A stretch of 64,000 bases of DNA from the NCBI RefSeq assembly GCF_009914755.1, contig NC_060935.1; one strand, 5' to 3'. Under the pieces are notes generated by a model. The model worked only from the letters and a program-made list of their open reading frames with translations. It did no database searches and was not told the DNA's origin. Origin of the DNA: the human T2T-CHM13v2.0 reference genome, Homo sapiens. Numbering within the stretch: the stretch's first letter is position 1; each line of letters opens with the position of its first letter. This document shows positions 1 through 15,693 of the stretch, piece after piece. A program made the position numbers and the translations under genes.

Positions 1-75
1 GTTACATATGTATACATGTGCCATGTTGGTGTGCTGCACCCGTTAACTTGTTTATTTACATTGGGTATATCTCTA
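1..75 (-). mobile_element. L1PA 3'UTR fragment
   Basis: gttacatatgtatacatgtgccatgttggtgtgctgcaccc is the antisense of the L1 3' end. Confidence 0.85.
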
Positions 76-444
76 GCTTAGGAGTATTTTAAAGCACTTG
101 TTGTAAATAACAAAAGACTGTCTTTCAACTTTATCTTTTAGGAGTGACTTCAGGAACCAAGGATAATCAAATACTTTAACAAAAGATATTCTTACTGCTT
201 TAGTACTTGGGGCATGAGAAGTCTTATAGGAATCTTCCTAGTTGAAAACTAGGAGTCACGGATGGACAAAAACAAATTATATCTATCGTAACATCATAGA
301 TACTTATAAACATAAAAAGAAAATAATATTTCTGAGAGCCCAATATGAGGCAACCCCATTGAATGACTTATATATGTTAGCAGGTTTGATACTAACAACG
401 CTTTTATTTTTGTAATTGCCCACTGCACAGCTACAGCCGATTCG

Positions 445-1142
445 TAGACAGCAGTATTACAGTAAAGATTTTAATAAATACAGAGCTAGCCAAATGGAAG
501 GACAGGGGTTTATTACTCAAATCAGCCTCCTTGAAAGCTTGGGGGCTAGAGTTTTTCAAGGATAGTTTGGTTTGTAAGGGGCTAGGAGATGGGTAATGCT
601 GATTGGTTGGGGATGATATCATAGGGGTTTGAAAAATAGTTCCTGTGTGCAGAGTCAGCCTCTGGGTGGGGACCACAGGATCAGTTGAGTCATGAGTCAT
701 GAGTCCAGGTGGAGTTAGTAGGTCATCGTCATCAGAATGCAAAAGTCTGAAAAACATCTCAAAAGACCCATGTTAGGTTCTACAATAGTGATATTATCTA
801 TAGGAGAAATTGGAGAAGTTGCAAATCTTGTGACCTCCAGAACAACGGCTGGTTATTATCTAGGTTTGCCTACATTTTAGCAGAATTCAGGCCTCTCCCA
901 TAATCCTAATCTTTCATTAGTTTTACAAAGGCAGTTTTGTCTCTGAGCAAGGAGATTTGTTTTACAGAGGCACTATTATCATTTTTGCTTCAACGTTAAA
1001 CTATAACCTAATTCCTCCCATGGTTAGCTTGGCCTACACCCAGAAATGACCAAGGGCAGCCAATGTATGAGTCTAAAAGCAAGAAGAAATCAGCCATGCT
1101 AGACTTCTCTCACTGTCATAGTCTTTGCAAAGGGAGTTTCAT
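445..1142 (-). mobile_element. ERV1 (MER4-group) LTR, boundaries approximate
   Basis: Typical MER4-group LTR sequence (tgagtcatgagtca, gttagcttggcctacacccag, ctttgcaaagggagtttca). Confidence 0.6.
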
Positions 1143-2001
1143 TCTTAAAAACTATAAAAAAATCCAGAGATGATTTCTTTAATAAGTATTAGAGCTACAA
1201 TTTAAAATCTAGCACCTCTGAATGGAGTGTCTACATTGTTTTTGCTGTTATCACACTGGTACCAATAAGAAAAATATATAATATAATTGAAATATAAAAC
1301 ATTTTGAAAGACTTGTCTGCTGAGACTTCCTTCCTCGAAGACTGTAAGACCTTGCTATAGATCAGGAGTTTATTACTCAGATCAGCCTCCTTGAAAGCTT
1401 GGGGGCTGGAATTTTTCAAGGATAGTTTGGTTTGTTTTTTACAATATGTTTTTTTTTTTACAATATGGTTCCAGAAGCATGAAGACTTAACTGCCTCTCT
1501 AACGGCTCTTAGGGTGTTTACAGCTCACTGAATTAAATCTGATTGTCTGGTTAATGTTGGAGCTCAGAAGCTAATAACTCAAATTATGGCACTTTAACTT
1601 GCTGAACTGAAGAAACCTCAAGGTCTTTCTGACCTTCCCCGGGCTTCCATCATCTCTCCCAAAGAAGTTGAAGTGCCTTTATCTGCCTAAATTCCAGATC
1701 CACCAAGAAGAACAATTGGTTTTTTCTTTGCTTTTCTGTAAAACCAAAAATGTAACAACGCCTGAATAGACCCTTTCACTGTCAAAGAGAGTTATTTAAA
1801 AGTTAATCTGTTCCCAGGGATCCTTTTATTCTTCCTAGTAATATCCTCAATACAATTCCTCTTCTCTCCCCTCCCATAACCTTTCTGGCCAGCATAATGT
1901 AGTGGCATCATTGTCTGGGGTAACACCCAAGGTTTGTTGTCCCACGTCATTTAAAGCTAGGAGGCAGACACATCAGAGTGAGGTTAAGCATAGAAATTTA
2001 A

Positions 2002-3160
<1,159 letters not shown>

Positions 3161-4653
3161 AAAGAAAGAGAAGAGCTCTCTGAGCAGAGAGGGGTCCCAG
3201 AGAAAATGGGTTGCCACTTCAGCAGTGAAATGCAGAAGGTTTTATAGATAAGCTTGAGGAGGTGTCTGATTTACACAGGGGATGAAAGATTGACTGGACC
3301 AGGTGTGCCATTTGCATAGCATGTGAAGAAGCTGGTTGCCCCACCCTAATCTTTTAGGTTGCAGATAAGTTCTCTACTTGGCCAGCGTCATGTTGCCTGG
3401 TCCTTACTGTACACACGGTGACAAAGAAAAGGGAAGATGGAGCCTCCATGTTGAACATACCTGGCTTCCAGGTAGCCCTTTTCTATTGGCACAGCTGCTG
3501 GTATTCACCCGTGCAGGCTTCCAGCTTGCTTATCTATGTCTGCAGCTTGATTTTTCAGGCTGCTCTTTGTTAGAAAAGAAATGATTTGGGGCTGCTTTTT
3601 GTTAAAAAGGAAGCCTTGCCATGGACTTCTTTACATCTGCCTAAATAATTTCTTTCTAGCTCCTGTATCAATAGTATATAAGTTTCTGAACCATGTTGAG
3701 CAGTGAGTAATCCCCCTGTGGTTATAAATTTGTATGTTTTGTTTTTTTTTTTCCAATTAACCAGCCTTTTGTGAGTTGATTTTTCAGTGAATGTTTGGCA
3801 AATGGCTCCTACATTATCTCTGAAAATAGTACAAATAAGGAGGACTCAGTGGACCTAAATTTAAGATCTCTGTCAATGTGTGTGGCCTCTTCCATATATC
3901 AGTTAGTCCATGCACTCATTGCATGCCTAGCCTTGGGCTAGATGCTCTAGGCCTAGATAAAGCAAAGAGGAATGCATTACTGCTGCCCTCTGGTGTCAAT
4001 CAGTCTCAATAGGATGTAGGGATAGATACAAAAAGCAGAGGATGAGGTATGTTAGAGACTGACTCTCACTGTAAGGACTGTATTGGAGAAAAGAAAGGAA
4101 ATATCCTTGTGTGCTCATTTAGAACTTCCTGGAGAAGTTAGACCTGAGTGCATGTTCATAATTTTACTTGACCCTATTTGACTAAGAATTTGCATTCTCG
4201 TTCCATTTTTAACCTCTAGAGTTTATATTAGATAGCACATTTCTTAGGAAAGAAGAGAAGAGATAGTTTTGGGGGATGGGAGAAGAATGGATTGCTGACA
4301 ACAGAAATTTTAACATAAAGTTTTGGGAAAGATATATGGGGCAAGAGGTTGCCCAGTGATCCTCAATTTCCAACAGGCATGAAACTGTTTAACATTGACG
4401 CTGCTATTCTATCTTTAACTGCTGGAGAGATTGAGACAGTCTTTGTTTTTACTATTGTAATATCATTAAAAATATAAAATTATAATATGGAAATTCAAAA
4501 GTCTAACATGCAATATACCAGCATTGTCATGTTACCACTTCCCTCAAACATGTTCACGCTGTTTGACTCTAGTAGTCCTGGGATATAGGTTGACCAAAAA
4601 TAAATGTAAGCCATGGAGAATTTATATCATGTTCCAAGTGTCTCAGCAGCTAA

Positions 4654-5035
<382 letters not shown>

Positions 5036-5356
5036 ATCCATATACTCTTATGGAGGAGATACATACTTTCCAAATCTTCACTCTCTCATAAAACATACTT
5101 GTTCACAGGTCATGAACGGTACAATGCTGATTCTCATGATACTGGAGTTCTGAGTTGCTGGACTTACTTCAACCTGTTGTAGTATCAGGGATACCTGGTG
5201 TTCTTTGTGGGCCTCGGGAGACAAAACAACTTTACTTTGAATTGCAGTGCTTTAGAAAACAAGGTACTACTGCAGATATAACTTTTGAGGAGGAAGAGGG
5301 CTGATGACTGATTGGTAATGAAGATGTTAAAATAAGTATTAATTCAAAATCCAAGC

Positions 5357-5941
5357 TGTTGAAACTCTAAATTGTTTTGAGCCTTAAAGGAATGTGATTA
5401 TGGAGTCTGAGTCATGTGACAGACAGCTGTAACCTAGGCAGCTATAAACTTTGTTACTCTGATTATAGATTAGCCTCGTTCCTTACCTTCACTGCTTCGT
5501 AAAATGTTGAAAATGACTAAAGGGCACCAGGAAAACCTCTTTCCCCCTTCACTGTTGATCTTCATTATAGTTTAGTTTTTTTCTTACATTTCTTACACAA
5601 AGATATGGCTATCACACTGTTTTAAGATGGAATATTAAATATGCTGTTTTAAATTGGAAAGGATATAAAAACCAGCTGTAAATTAAAGAAAACAAGCCCT
5701 ATGAAAAAGAAAGCAAACCGTAATAATTAAATTTTTGTAACTCATAAACCAGCCTTGTATAGAAAAATTATACTAAACTTGTTTGTTTTCTGCCTATATA
5801 AGCGAGATGTTAACTTTTCACTTCAGAACACTGACCCCATTTATCTGAAGTCTGTTGTCTTCTGAATGACCATCCTCAACTTTTTGCTTGAACAAATTTT
5901 AAAAACTGGATTGCGATCCTTTTGCTTATTTCAGGTTAACA
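5357..5941 (+). mobile_element. Solo ERV1-class LTR
   Basis: TG...CA ends (tgttgaaact...ttcaggttaaca), TATA-like ctatataag. Confidence 0.6.
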
Positions 5942-6334
5942 AAGACTAGTTTTCTCTCACACATAATCACTCAGTATTTTCACTTCTACTCCTGCACTCA
6001 AGTCTTGTCAGAAAAGGATATTAAAAAATAAGTAAAAGTCTGTATCTAATAACACCTCTCAGATTTATAACAGTATCTTCAGGCAACAATTGAAAGTTTG
6101 AGGTTTTCTAAATCATTTATCAATATTAGTTCACTCCTGTATATACATGATCCTTCCATCCAGGCATCAGAGTTGTCTGTTAGTTCAACAGAGATAAGAA
6201 AAAGACAAATAGGCCATGGTTAGGCCCAGAAGAATAAGCAAGATACAGTGGGAGCAAAAAGAAAGATTTAGAAGAGGGCTTCTCAAGAAAACACATAATT
6301 AAGACTTCTTCAGGTAAACATTTCAAATAGTGCT

Positions 6335-8343
6335 TGATATGGTTTGGCTGTGTCCCCACCCAAATCTCACCTTGAATTATAGTAATCCCCATGTGTTAAG
6401 GGCGGGGACAGGTGGAGATAACTGAATCATGGGGGCAGTTTTCCCCCATACTGTTCTCATGGTAGTGAATAAGTCTCATGAGATCTGATGGTTCTATAAA
6501 TGGGAATTCCCCTACACAAGCTCTCTCTTGCTTGCCATCATATAAGATGTCCCTTTGTTCTTCCTTCATCTTCTGCCCAGATTGTGAGGCCTCCCCAGAC
6601 ATGTGGAACTGTGAGTGCTTTAAACCTCTTTCCCTTATAGATTACCCAGTCTTGAGTATGTCTTTATTAGTAGCTGAGAAAAGACTAATACAGTAAATTG
6701 GCACCGGGTAGTGGGGTGCTGCTGTAAAGATAACCCAGAATGTGGAATTGACTTTGGAACTGAGTAACAGGCAGAGGCTGGAACAGTTTGGAGGGCTCAG
6801 AAGAAGATAGAAAAATGTGGGAAAGTTTGGAACTTTCTAGAGACTTGTTGAATGATTTTGACCAAAATGCTGATAGTGATATGGACAATGAAGTCCAGGT
6901 TGAGGTGGTCTCAGATGGAGATGAGGAACTTGTTGGGAACTGGAGAAAAGGTGACTTGTTATGCTTTAGCAAAAAGACTGGCAGAATTTTGCCTCTTCCC
7001 TAGAGATTTGTGGCACTTTGAACTTAAGAGAGATGATTTAGGCATATGGCAGAATAAATTTCTAAGCAGCAAAGCATTCAAGAGGTGTCTTGGGTACCAA
7101 TGAAAGCATTCAGTTTTATTCATTCACAAAGATATGGTTTGGAGTTGGAACTTATGTTGAAAAGGGAAGCAGAGCATAAAGGTTTGGAAAATTTGCAGCC
7201 TGACAATGCAGTAGAAAATAATAAAAAAACAACAACAATTTTCTGGGGAGAAATTCAAGCTGGCTGCAGAAATTTGCATAAGTAAGGAGGAGCCAAATGT
7301 TAATTGCCAAGACAATGGGGAAAATGACTCCAGGGCATGTCAGAGGTCTTCACAGCAGCCCCTCCCATTACAGGCCCAGGAGCCTAGGAGGAAAAAATGG
7401 TACTCTGTGCCAGGCCCAGGGCCTTGCTGTTTTGTGCATTCTCCAGACTTGGTCCCTTGCATCCCAGCCATAGCTAAAATGGGCCAATGTGCAGCTCAGG
7501 TCGTTGCTTCAGAGAGTACAAGCACCAAGCCTTGGTGGCTTACACATGGTGTTGGGTCTGCAAGTGCACAGAAGTCAAGAATTGAGATTGTATAGAAATG
7601 CCTGGATGTCCAGGCAGAGGGGTGTTGCAGGGCTGGAGCCATCATGGAGAACCTCTGCTAGGGCAATGTGGAAGGGAAATGTGGGGTATGAGCCCCCACA
7701 CAGAGTCCCCACTGGAGCACTGCCTAATGGAGCTGTGAGAAGACGGCCACCATCCTCCAGACTCCAGAATGGTAGATGCACTGACAGCTTGCACTGTATG
7801 CCTGGAAAAGCTGCAGACACTCAACGCCAGCCCATGAAAGCAGCCAGGAGGGTGGCCATACACTGCAAAGCCACAGAGGCAGAGCTTCTCAAGGCCATGG
7901 GAGCCCACTTCTTGCATCAGCATGACCTAGATGTGAGACATAGAGTCAAAGGAGATCATTTTGGAACTTTAAGGTTTAATGTCTATGCTGTTGGATTTCA
8001 GACTTGCATGAGGCCTGCAGCCCTTTTGTTTTGGACAGTTTCTCCCATGTAGAATGGGTGTATTTATCCAATGCCTGTACCTCCGTTGTATCTAAGAAGT
8101 AACTAACTTGCTTTTGATTTTACAGGCTCAGAGCAGAAGGAACTTGCCGCATCTCAGATGAGACTTGGACTTGGACTTTTGGCTTAATGATGGAATGAGT
8201 TAAGAATTTAGGGGACTGTGAGGAAGGCATGACTGGTTTTGAAATGTGAGGACATGAGATTTGGGAGGGGTCAGGGATGGAATGATATGGTTTGGCTCTG
8301 TCCCCACCCAAGTCTCACTTTGAATTGTAATAATCCCCACATA
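6335..8343 (+). mobile_element. THE1-type MaLR: 5' LTR 6335-6692, internal region 6693-8282, truncated 3' LTR
   Basis: tgatatggtttggctgtgtccccaccc LTR start repeated at 8283; MaLR internal start gtaaattgg; polypurine tract before the 3' LTR. Confidence 0.92.
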
Positions 8344-8344
8344 T

Positions 8345-11300
8345 TATTATTATTAATATTATTTAATAGATATGGTTTCTGCTTGAGGTGGAAAAAAAGG
8401 TTTTGAATATAGTGATGGTTATGCAAAATTGTGAATGTAATTAATGCCACTAAATTGCACACTTAACAATAATAAAATGATAAAAAGGGCATAAGGCCAG
8501 CATTAGACTAATACTTATGAATTTATTCTTTAAAACCTGAAATGTGAAAATTAAATATAGAATGTTTTCATATTTTAAAAAAGTATCTGATTCAGTGAGA
8601 GCAGTTCTCTGAAAGAAAACTTATAGCCATAAATACCTATATTAAAAAAAGAAAAAAATTTCTCAAATGACCTAACTTGACATCCTGGAAACTAGAAAAA
8701 GAACAAATTAATCACAAAACTAATAAAAGGAAGGAAATAATAAAAATTAGACTATAGATGTATGTAATAGAAAATAAAATATTAGAGAAAATCAACAAAA
8801 CCAAAACTTGGTTCTTCAATAGATCAACAATATTGACATTTCAACTAGACTGATAGAGATAGACAATGCAAAAAAATAATAAAATCAGAAAAGAAAATGA
8901 GACATATCTACCTATCTTACAGAAATAAAAAGGATTATAAGAGGAGGCATTATCAAGATGGTTGACTAGAGGTGTCCAATATGTGTTTCTTCTGCAAGGA
9001 AGGAACAAAACAACATATAAATAATTGTTTTATAGGTAGAGTGACTAAGGGCCAACACTGGAATTCAGCAAGGAAGGGATAAAAAAGCCTCTGAAGAATA
9101 CACACTTGGGATGGCAGCATAGAGTGGGAAGTAAAGCATCTTGCCAGGATTGGTCTGAAGCCAGTAGGAATACTCCATTGTGAAAAAAAGTAAGCTGGAG
9201 ATCCCCAGTAGTTCCTATTACCACAGCAGATGCTTGCAATCATAGCTTCAGGAGAGCCCTGCAGCCCTCACAGGCCCTGAACCTAATATAGGAAGTTTCC
9301 TGAATATCATGCAGCTGTATTGCTACAGACAGAAAACTCACATTGTGTCCTTCAACTCCCTGAGACCCAAGCTGCTGTGGCACAGTACGATTTTGAGAAT
9401 ATAGTTATTGCTGGAGTGTGTCCTGTCTTGGGGCCAAATATCCCTTGCACCTCCATATTCCTGGGGCCTTTCCATTACCCCACTACATATACACAAAGAG
9501 TTGCTATGCCATGATCCTAGCTGGAACTAGTAGTATAGCTATGACTCTGGCACTTGAACCCACATAATGCCTTATATCCTATGGAACAGGCAGTCCAGCA
9601 CAGTGGCGTGCTTTCCCCATGACTGGGGAAGCCAACGATATGCTCTCCAGGGCCCGTGAACAGGCCCTCCAGTTCTCACCATCATCATTGACCCTCTGAT
9701 TAGTGGAGCTGCTGAGCACTATGCATGCCCCATTCTAAAGACTTAAGACTGGCTGGCAGGCATATACCTCCCTGTATCCTTGACCAGTGGAGATGCTGAG
9801 TGCTATGCACATTTTCCCTGGAGGCTGAGAGCCAGCCCACCAAGCAACTACTTCTGTCAGTGACCCCATCCTTGCATCTGGTGGAGCCCCTACACTTGGC
9901 ATGCAACCCCCCAGGAACTAGTACTGGCCAACCCAGTGGCCTCTTCCTCAACCAAAACCACACCCCATTTCCAGAAATACCCACAGTCTAGGCAACTGAG
10001 GCACTCACAGACACTGCTGACATTGATTACAGCTAAAGAAATCACATGGAGACTACAGTACTGCACTCACTAGAACACAAGCCACACCACTGTACTTGAC
10101 TGTTAATATAGGTCACAGCTACAGAAAAAGAACTTTTCCTATAAAAGCTACTCTAGTATATTGAAAGAGGCAACCATTCCACCAGATGTGCAGATATCAA
10201 TACAGAGAAACTAGAAACAAGGAAAAGCGAAGAAACATACTGCCAAAAGAACATAATAATTCCTTTGTAACAAACCCTAAAGAAAAGGAAATCTATGAAA
10301 GGCCTGAAAAGAAATTCAAAATAATAATCTTAAGGGTACTTAGGGAGATACAAGATAAACAGAATGACAATTCAACAAACTCAGAAAACAATTCATGAAC
10401 TGCATGCAAAATTCAATAGTTATACATCATTAAAAATAACCAAATAGTATCTTGAAGCTGAAGAATTCAATGACTATAATAAAAAATACAGTCAAAAGCT
10501 GTGATAGACTAGATCAAGGAGAAGACAGGCTTTCTAAACTTGAAAACAGATCTTCTGAAATAATCTAGTCAGACAACAAAAAAGAAAAAAAATGAAGAAA
10601 GCTTATGGTCCCTATGGGACACCATGAAACAAACAAATATTTACCTTATGACTGCTTCAAAAGAAGAGATGGTAAAAGGCATAAAAATCTATTTCACAAA
10701 ATAATGGCTGAATTAGTAATTGATGCTGGTAAAACTGAATATCGTATGCAGAAGCATAAAACTAGACCTGTTTCTTTAACCATGTACAAAAAACAAACTG
10801 AATATAGATTAATGACTTTAATATAAGATCCCAAACCATAAAAATACTTGAAGAAAACATAGGGGAAATGCTTAAGGACATTGACCTGGGCAAAGATATA
10901 TGGATAAGTCCTCAAGAACACAGGCAACAGAAGCAAAAATAGACAAGATTACGTCAAAATAATAAGCCTCTGCACAATCAACAGGGTAAAAAAATGAAAT
11001 ATAATAAATAAAAGTAAGAAAATGAAAAAAATACTTGAAATGTGTTCATCTGACGTGAAATTAATATTCAGAATATAAAAGGAACTCAATAGCAAAACCA
11101 CAAATAATCCAATTAAAGATGGACAATTGATCTAAATAGACATTTCTCAAAAGAAGACATACAAATGGCCAAGTGTATAAAAAAATACTCAACCTCACTC
11201 ATCAACAGGGGACTGAAAATCAAAACCACAATGAGATATCATCTCACCCCAGTTAGTATGAATGTTATGAAAAAAATGAAAAATAACAAATGCTGGTGAA

Positions 11301-13905
11301 TAGGCAGAGAAAATGAAATACTTGTAGACGATTAGTGGGAATGTAAATTAGTACAACCATTATGGAAAACAGTATGGAAGTTTCTCAAAAAGCTAAAAAT
11401 AAAAGTAACATATGATTTAGTAATCCTGCTACTGGGTATATATGTAAAAGAAGAGAAATCAGTAGTCAAAGGGGTATCTTTTACTCTCTCATGTTTATTG
11501 CAGTATTATTCACAATAGGCAACTATGGAATCAACCTAACTGTCCATCAACAGATGATGCATACAGAAAATGTGATATATATATCACATTTATATATAGG
11601 ATTTCAGCCATAAAAACAGAATAAAATCATGTCATTTGCAGCAACATGGATGAAACTGGAGGACAGTTTGTTAAGTGAAATAAGCCAGGCACAGAAAGAT
11701 AAATAATACATGTTTTCACTCATATGTGGAAGCTAAAAAAAGTGGATCTCATAGAAGTATAGAATATAATAGAGTTTACCACAGGCTGAAAAGGGCAGGG
11801 GAGAGGGAGTATAGAGAGAGGTTGTTTAGTGGAGACAACGTTATAGCTGGATGGGAAGAGTAAGTTCTAATGCTCTGTAGCAATGTAGGATAACTGTGCC
11901 TAACAATAATTTATTGTATATTTTTAAATACATAAAAGAAGAGATTTTTGAATATTCCCAACACAAAGGAATGATAAAGGTGTGAGGTGATGGATATGCT
12001 AATTACCCTACAAATTCCTAGAAAAAACATAAACTGTCAATATTGATGCAAGTGAAAAGAGAACATATGAACAGATCTATAATACGCCTATTGGCTGAAT
12101 CAATAACCAAAAACCTCCCTACAAAGAAAAGTCCAGGACCAGATGGCTTCACTGATGACTTCTACCAAACATTCAGAAAATATTAAATACCAATCCTTCT
12201 CAAACTCTTCCAAAAGTTGAAGAGGAGAGAACACTTCCTAACTAAATCTATAAGGCCATCATTACTCTGATGCCAAAGCCAGGTTAATGACTCCACAAGC
12301 ACATGAAATTGGAGACCATATCCCTTATGAATATAGATGCAAAAATTCTCAACAAAATATTAATCTAAATTCAGAAGCCTATTAATATTTAAATCTTATT
12401 ACCAAGAGGAATTTATCTCAGGAATGCAAGGGTGACAAAACATAAGAGAATAACTCAATGAAATATGCCACATTAATAGAATGAAAGAACAAAATTATCA
12501 TTTTATTTGATGCAGAAAAAGCATTAAAAAATCTAATACTTTTTGTTATAGAAAGCCAACAAATTAAGAATGGTTGGAAATTTCCTCAATGTGATGGAGA
12601 GCATTTATGAAAAACCCACAGCTAACATTATAGTCAATAATGAAAGACTAAATGCATTCTTTCTTAAATTAGAAATACAGGAAGGATACCCAATTTCACC
12701 ACTTTTATTCTACATTTTACTGGGATCTCCAGCCAGAGCAAATAAGCATGGAAAATAAATAAAAGGAATCCAGAATGGAGAGAAAGAAGTCTTCCTCCAG
12801 ATGACATGATTTTATATAGAGAAGCTTCTAAAGAATACAAAAAACTCTGGAAGGTACTTCAACAAGTTTGTGGAAAATGGAATTAAAAGTTGAAAATAAA
12901 ATGTAAACTTAATTTTAACATAAGGTCCATCAAGCTCAAGACACTTTGTAAGTTATGATACAGACTATTTAGCCCATCCTTAAGAAACTGAAGGTCCTGG
13001 AAATTTAACTATGTCACTGCAATCTGTTTTACACTATTAACTGAAAGAAAAATGAGTGTTTACAGATTTTTTAAGATTAGGAAACAAAAAAAAAAAAAGT
13101 CAGAAGGTGCTAAATCAGGAAAAAAATGTTTCAGGATGTTGATCCCACTTGTTTCAAATTTCCATTGAAATCTTTGCTCTTGTCCATAGTTGACAAGAGC
13201 ATCCATTAAGTAGAAACTTTGCTCAGTTTTAATTTTCCAGGCAGAATTATTTAAGCTGAACCAATTAAGGTGTCTATGGTGTTGACTATTATTTGTGCTG
13301 TTAGTCATTGGCCCTCTTCAAATAGGGCACAAACAAGGTGAAGTTTTTCCTTTCAAATTGATATGGATGGTCTGCTGCTGCCGGGCTTCATCTTCAACGT
13401 CATCTTGTCCTTTCTTAAAATGAGTTATTCATTTGTAAATCTCTGATTTCTTTGGACATTATCCACATAACGTTCTTGTAAATCATCAACAATTTCACCA
13501 TTCTTCCACCCAAGCAAGGGGCTCTTGCTTTAATTTTAGCAGGGTTTACATTGCTCTGATAGAGGCTGCATTCAAACTGATGTCTTATCTTTCTTAGTGC
13601 CTCAAACTACATGCTGTTCAGACCTGTTATAACAAGTTAGAATGAATTCATTTCAGTGCCCTCAAAATAGAATTCCATGCATATTTTTTCATAATATGCA
13701 TTTTCTATGAAGTTTTTGAAGGCCCGTCATATTACAAATTCAAGAAAGTTGTAGCACACAAAATTAAGAGGCAATAATCACACTAGCAATGAACAATACA
13801 GATCTAAACACTGGCAACGAACAATACAGAAATAAAATTATGGAAGCAATTCCATTTATAATAGCATAAAACAGAATAAAATACTTAGAAATAAATTTAA
13901 CCAAG
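8345..13905 (+). mobile_element. Old L1M fragments, with an internally deleted L1MA/PB-like copy (about 8942-12010) nested in an older L1 ORF2
   Basis: A-rich degenerate ORF1/ORF2; 5' motif caagatggttgactagagg at about 8954; ORF2 continuity across the nested element. Confidence 0.8.
12849..13730 (-). mobile_element. Internally deleted HSMAR2-like mariner transposon
   Basis: Inverted terminal repeats (cttcaacaagtttgtggaaaatg / cattttctatgaagtttttgaag); transposase motif PDLAPSDF in ORF 13060-13308. Confidence 0.8.
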
Positions 13906-15402
13906 GAGATTGCTGATTAGAGGAAATTTTGGAGAGTTGAAGATTACAGCAGCCATCATCCATTGTATAAATTTGGCTTTCATCTGTACTGAGGCGTCCA
14001 CTCACCTTTAGCTAAATCATTCGATATGTTTCAATATAATTTAATTTTAATTGGTGAGATATAGTGATTAAGCTGCCTGTGCTCTTCCTGCTGGAACTCA
14101 TTTTTGTTACTGTTTCCCATTTAGATTCAGTGTCTGCTGTAGTGGTAGCGAAGTCAGTGCCTAAACTGCAGATGATTAGAATGTGTTCTATGATATTTTC
14201 TTTCTTTTTTGTGTCTTTTATGGCTTATTTTAAAACACAAAATATATAAGACACACAAGTTTCTGTCCTTTATTATGCATCTGTGTGAAAACATATTAGT
14301 GTTAAGTTTTGCATTTGGAAGCCTTGTCCATTATTAGATGAGGTGGGGAATGGGGCAGAAGTGTCTGGATCAGCAAAAGGGTAGAACCAAGGAAACATTA
14401 CTGCATTAAGAGTTAGGGCCCAAAAGAAGTGAAATTTCTTGTGTCCATATGTTTCATGCCCCAATTTCTTGACAAATGACAGCACTTCCTACCAGTGAGC
14501 ATGGACTCTACACTGTTACTTCAAGCCATGAATATGGGGAAATGGCTTCCTAATCGATTAAACTGTTTGTATTTCTCCTGAATGAGCTAATCATGCCTTT
14601 ATTCTTTTTGTGTCCTTGACAGCATATCAGTATTTATATTTTTTAAAAGGTCTTGGATATGCTCACTAACAATAACAGCCATTTTCTTGGTTAATATTAA
14701 TTGTATCAAGACATTCCTACTTCATCCCTTAATCAATATCAATGGTCATTAAAGATTTACCTCTAAGTATGCGGAATAGATATAAGATGCACCTGCATCA
14801 AAGATGATATAATCTCATGAAAGAGACATCGGGGTTTCTATGAGAGTTACTGTACTTAAATATTTACAGTTATAATGGCATTATAATGAATTCATAGGCA
14901 TGTTCGTTATTTTTCTGTAGTTGACATTATCATTCTTAATTGATGAAGGCTAAGACAGTAACTTGTAAGTCAAAATAAAATTTCAAAATCAAATGAGTTA
15001 AAATATATAGTTACAAACATCAGAGAACACAAATAAGAGCAGGACAGAAAATACTGATCATAGAGTAGAGTTAATTGGTAGATTTTCCTAATCAAAGAAG
15101 GTAGATTGCTGTGAGTTGATGGAATTAAGAAAGAAAAGAGAGAAAACAAGAGTCAAGTATTTTATGATAGCATATGTAAAACTGATAGTTTAAACAGACA
15201 GACAAATAGAAAATATTTTGAGACAAGGAAAGGTAGTTGTGGGTACATCACACTAGAACATTATAAAAATATTGAATAAATAAGGATTTTAAGACAACAT
15301 TAACCAGCTGGCCAAGCTTAAAAAACAGGAACATTTTCAGCCTCTTGCAAACTTTAAGTTTAGTAACAGTCAAAAATCTTCATAGATTATTTTCAAATAA
15401 GA

Positions 15403-15693
15403 TTTTTTGTTTTTAAACAGAGTCTTGCTGTGTTGCCCAGGCTGGAGTGCAGTGGCGATCTCAGCTCACTGCAACCTCCGCCTCCTGGGTTCAAGTGATT
15501 CTCCTGCCTTAGACTCCCGAGTAGCAGGGATTACAGGCACAAGCCACTGCTCCTGGCTAATTTTTGTATTTTTAGTAGAGACAGGGTGTCACCATGTTGG
15601 CCAGGATGGTCTTGAACTCCTGACCTCAAGTGATCCACCCGCCTCGGCCTCCCAGAGTGCTGGGATTATTGGAGTGAGCCACCAGCCCCGGCC
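15403..15693 (-). mobile_element. Alu (S-type)
   Basis: Antisense Alu flanked by tcaaataagattt. Confidence 0.95.

Noticed and set aside
7489-8052. 187-aa ORF
   Set aside because: Lies within THE1/MaLR internal sequence; no evidence of domestication.
14006-14166. Exon-like segment on the minus strand (ctgcAG...AAG|GTGAGT)
   Set aside because: No recognisable homology, and stops in the frames I read; cannot be tied to the MS4A fossil.
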